From a virus (Duplodnaviria; Caudoviricetes): a stretch of 35,436 nucleotides of DNA. The position numbers and the translations under genes are program-made. Where the stretch lies: positions 1 through 35,436 of the IMG/VR virus record IMGVR_UViG_3300020042_001362; one strand, written 5' to 3'. Below the pieces are notes generated by a model, which searched no databases, had not been told where the DNA came from, and was given only the letters and a program-made list of their open reading frames with translations. How positions within the stretch are numbered: position 1 is the first letter of the stretch; each line of letters starts with the position of its first letter. Positions 35,201-35,436 of this stretch are shown piece by piece.

Positions 35201-35436
35201 CGCAATCAAGCCAAGCAAGCCCGCCCTCGCATCCGTGGCTTTGAACGCGCCATGGAGGTTATCTACCGCGCCGAGCGCACCGGACAGCTTAGCCCGCAAA
35301 GTGCAGCGCTTGTCCGCTGGCTACTGGAGCGCAACCCAGCTATTGCTGAAGAGCTGGCAATCTCACTACGTCTTGGTGGGGCGGATAGCCCAGCCGGCCA
35401 GTATAATCCTGCTACGCGCATTGCCACCATCTTCTT
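32228..35436 (+). CDS. Giant internal virion / large polyvalent-type protein (3'-truncated, over 1069 aa)
   Basis: ATG 32228 (MAKPVPLDMLP). The frame has no entry in the ORF track, consistent with no stop before the window end; spot translation was open. Gly/Ala hydrophobic N-domain with EIPQETAQTVLER, low-complexity linkers, ends AGQYNPATRIATIF (resembles the start of a zincin-like domain). Confidence 0.85.
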   Translation, partial: MAKPVPLDMLPTELRAAPSRREVPADMLPPGLIRAAPEPEAEEPEEELGFFGALKRGFTTLGDVPEAFDFATGQEGAREELVKAQRGEEKRAEGFGLDKTLGENAQALKELAGESLGFMGAPLAAGAAGTLAGGPIGGGIAAAATLLSQYGVQNLARQAQEDEARIARGEAPLGAMPGRAAAAAVGQAGLDVVGFALPVLRPVAAAFPFLRPLIGIGGKKAAAETAEAIVGAAAKNQLTIKGGIARGIAQGVAFEIPQETAQTVLERAQAGLSLDDDSAIEEYKQAAIGATLLGGGFGAVGGGVNAAKERADTAKQAKALEAAAGLELSTPEEKAAFESLLSAAVNEYANANPSTAPADIFKALRDDGTIRSLGNQVRANVEATQTQETQAEAGAGLDEGTSQPDVDVDGAAGAGVPPTGAAATTGEDTRTTSQAESVGVADTGVSAGDTTGAEAGTDGTLTPKVAPIAEPTGAQVKAMVPTIEKVFADNAFDFEVEELNAEQKKQAARIVLQSPEVAPYDAIVSVLDRGLQAEPKVTPEVTGERYPALEAAYALPNNKTAEKMRIIAPVVADIFTRITGLSTSKLPEGDTKKAYSSSNTRILNAVLRGEAVNPETIVQEQVAQYKVPLPETAAPTPTQAAPKTAPQTADSRLIIEPATGREQDELASTLGMRAVLQERDPAMPEFDGEKTFYITRQNTVSGMRYYVVQAYRNLATGKLKSKSVLNGDQFITYLDTKKGGEYSSGEGQEFASLEEANAALEAAAQREAAKSAPAPTQATPTQTAPTGPFDPSYDYIRNRPRSTTSEPEPEYTPQQIAEHLTYFSQSEAQSRGYEPNTDPFGMFTEGARDVARGAEPIPDQLILERSGQEALDAYKAGIQWAQDRVADAQAPAAKAAPKKAAPKKAKAAKAAPKGPVFENIAQPNTPEAAALVEEPRNTDIVALAEELPEADRVNVRARLDRITENYARDGDVERLLGSLESLRRDVDRRIARNQAKQARPRIRGFERAMEVIYRAERTGQLSPQSAALVRWLLERNPAIAEELAISLRLGGADSPAGQYNPATRIATIF
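33366..33611 (+). CDS. Probable overprinted gene (+1 frame) inside the giant protein
   Basis: ATG with AGGTGAG upstream; 81 aa with a basic N-terminus and amphipathic helices (LHKLNPSEWLTLEFLLVTLLEQK); the host frame here is a disordered linker. Confidence 0.5.
   Translation: MSKRRKRKKRRRKQEQDWMKEQVNLTWMSMEQLGQAFHLLALPRPPEKIPEPLHKLNPSEWLTLEFLLVTLLEQKREQTVH

Overview
A single + strand, tightly packed late (virion morphogenesis and lysis) region of a tailed dsDNA phage. It looks podovirus-like: no sheath, tail-tube or tape-measure gene is recognisable, and it has nozzle-like and large internal/ejection proteins. Overlapping spanin-like genes indicate a Gram-negative host. Gene order: terminase large subunit (5'-truncated), an inserted gene with a possible lysozyme-like fold, portal, GroES-like co-chaperonin, scaffold, minor and major capsid, terminator plus a structured RNA leader, glycosyltransferase, a cluster of very basic small proteins, adaptors with a free-standing LAGLIDADG endonuclease, a ferritin-like protein, tail fibres, an endolysin/holin/spanin cassette, nozzle, ejection proteins, and a giant 3'-truncated polyvalent-type protein. 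The most striking unexplained signals are: (1) a short [MYL]A-x-G-G peptide tag shared by about 8 otherwise unrelated proteins, with a candidate reader domain; (2) a double-pseudoknot/kissing-loop RNA between the capsid terminator and the next RBS; (3) a G-x-G-Q-[VI]-G-[TS]-V strand motif shared between a repeat 'rope' protein and the C-termini of two other virion proteins; (4) a probable overprinted gene inside the giant protein. All product calls come from motif recognition and synteny by eye; no database searches were run.
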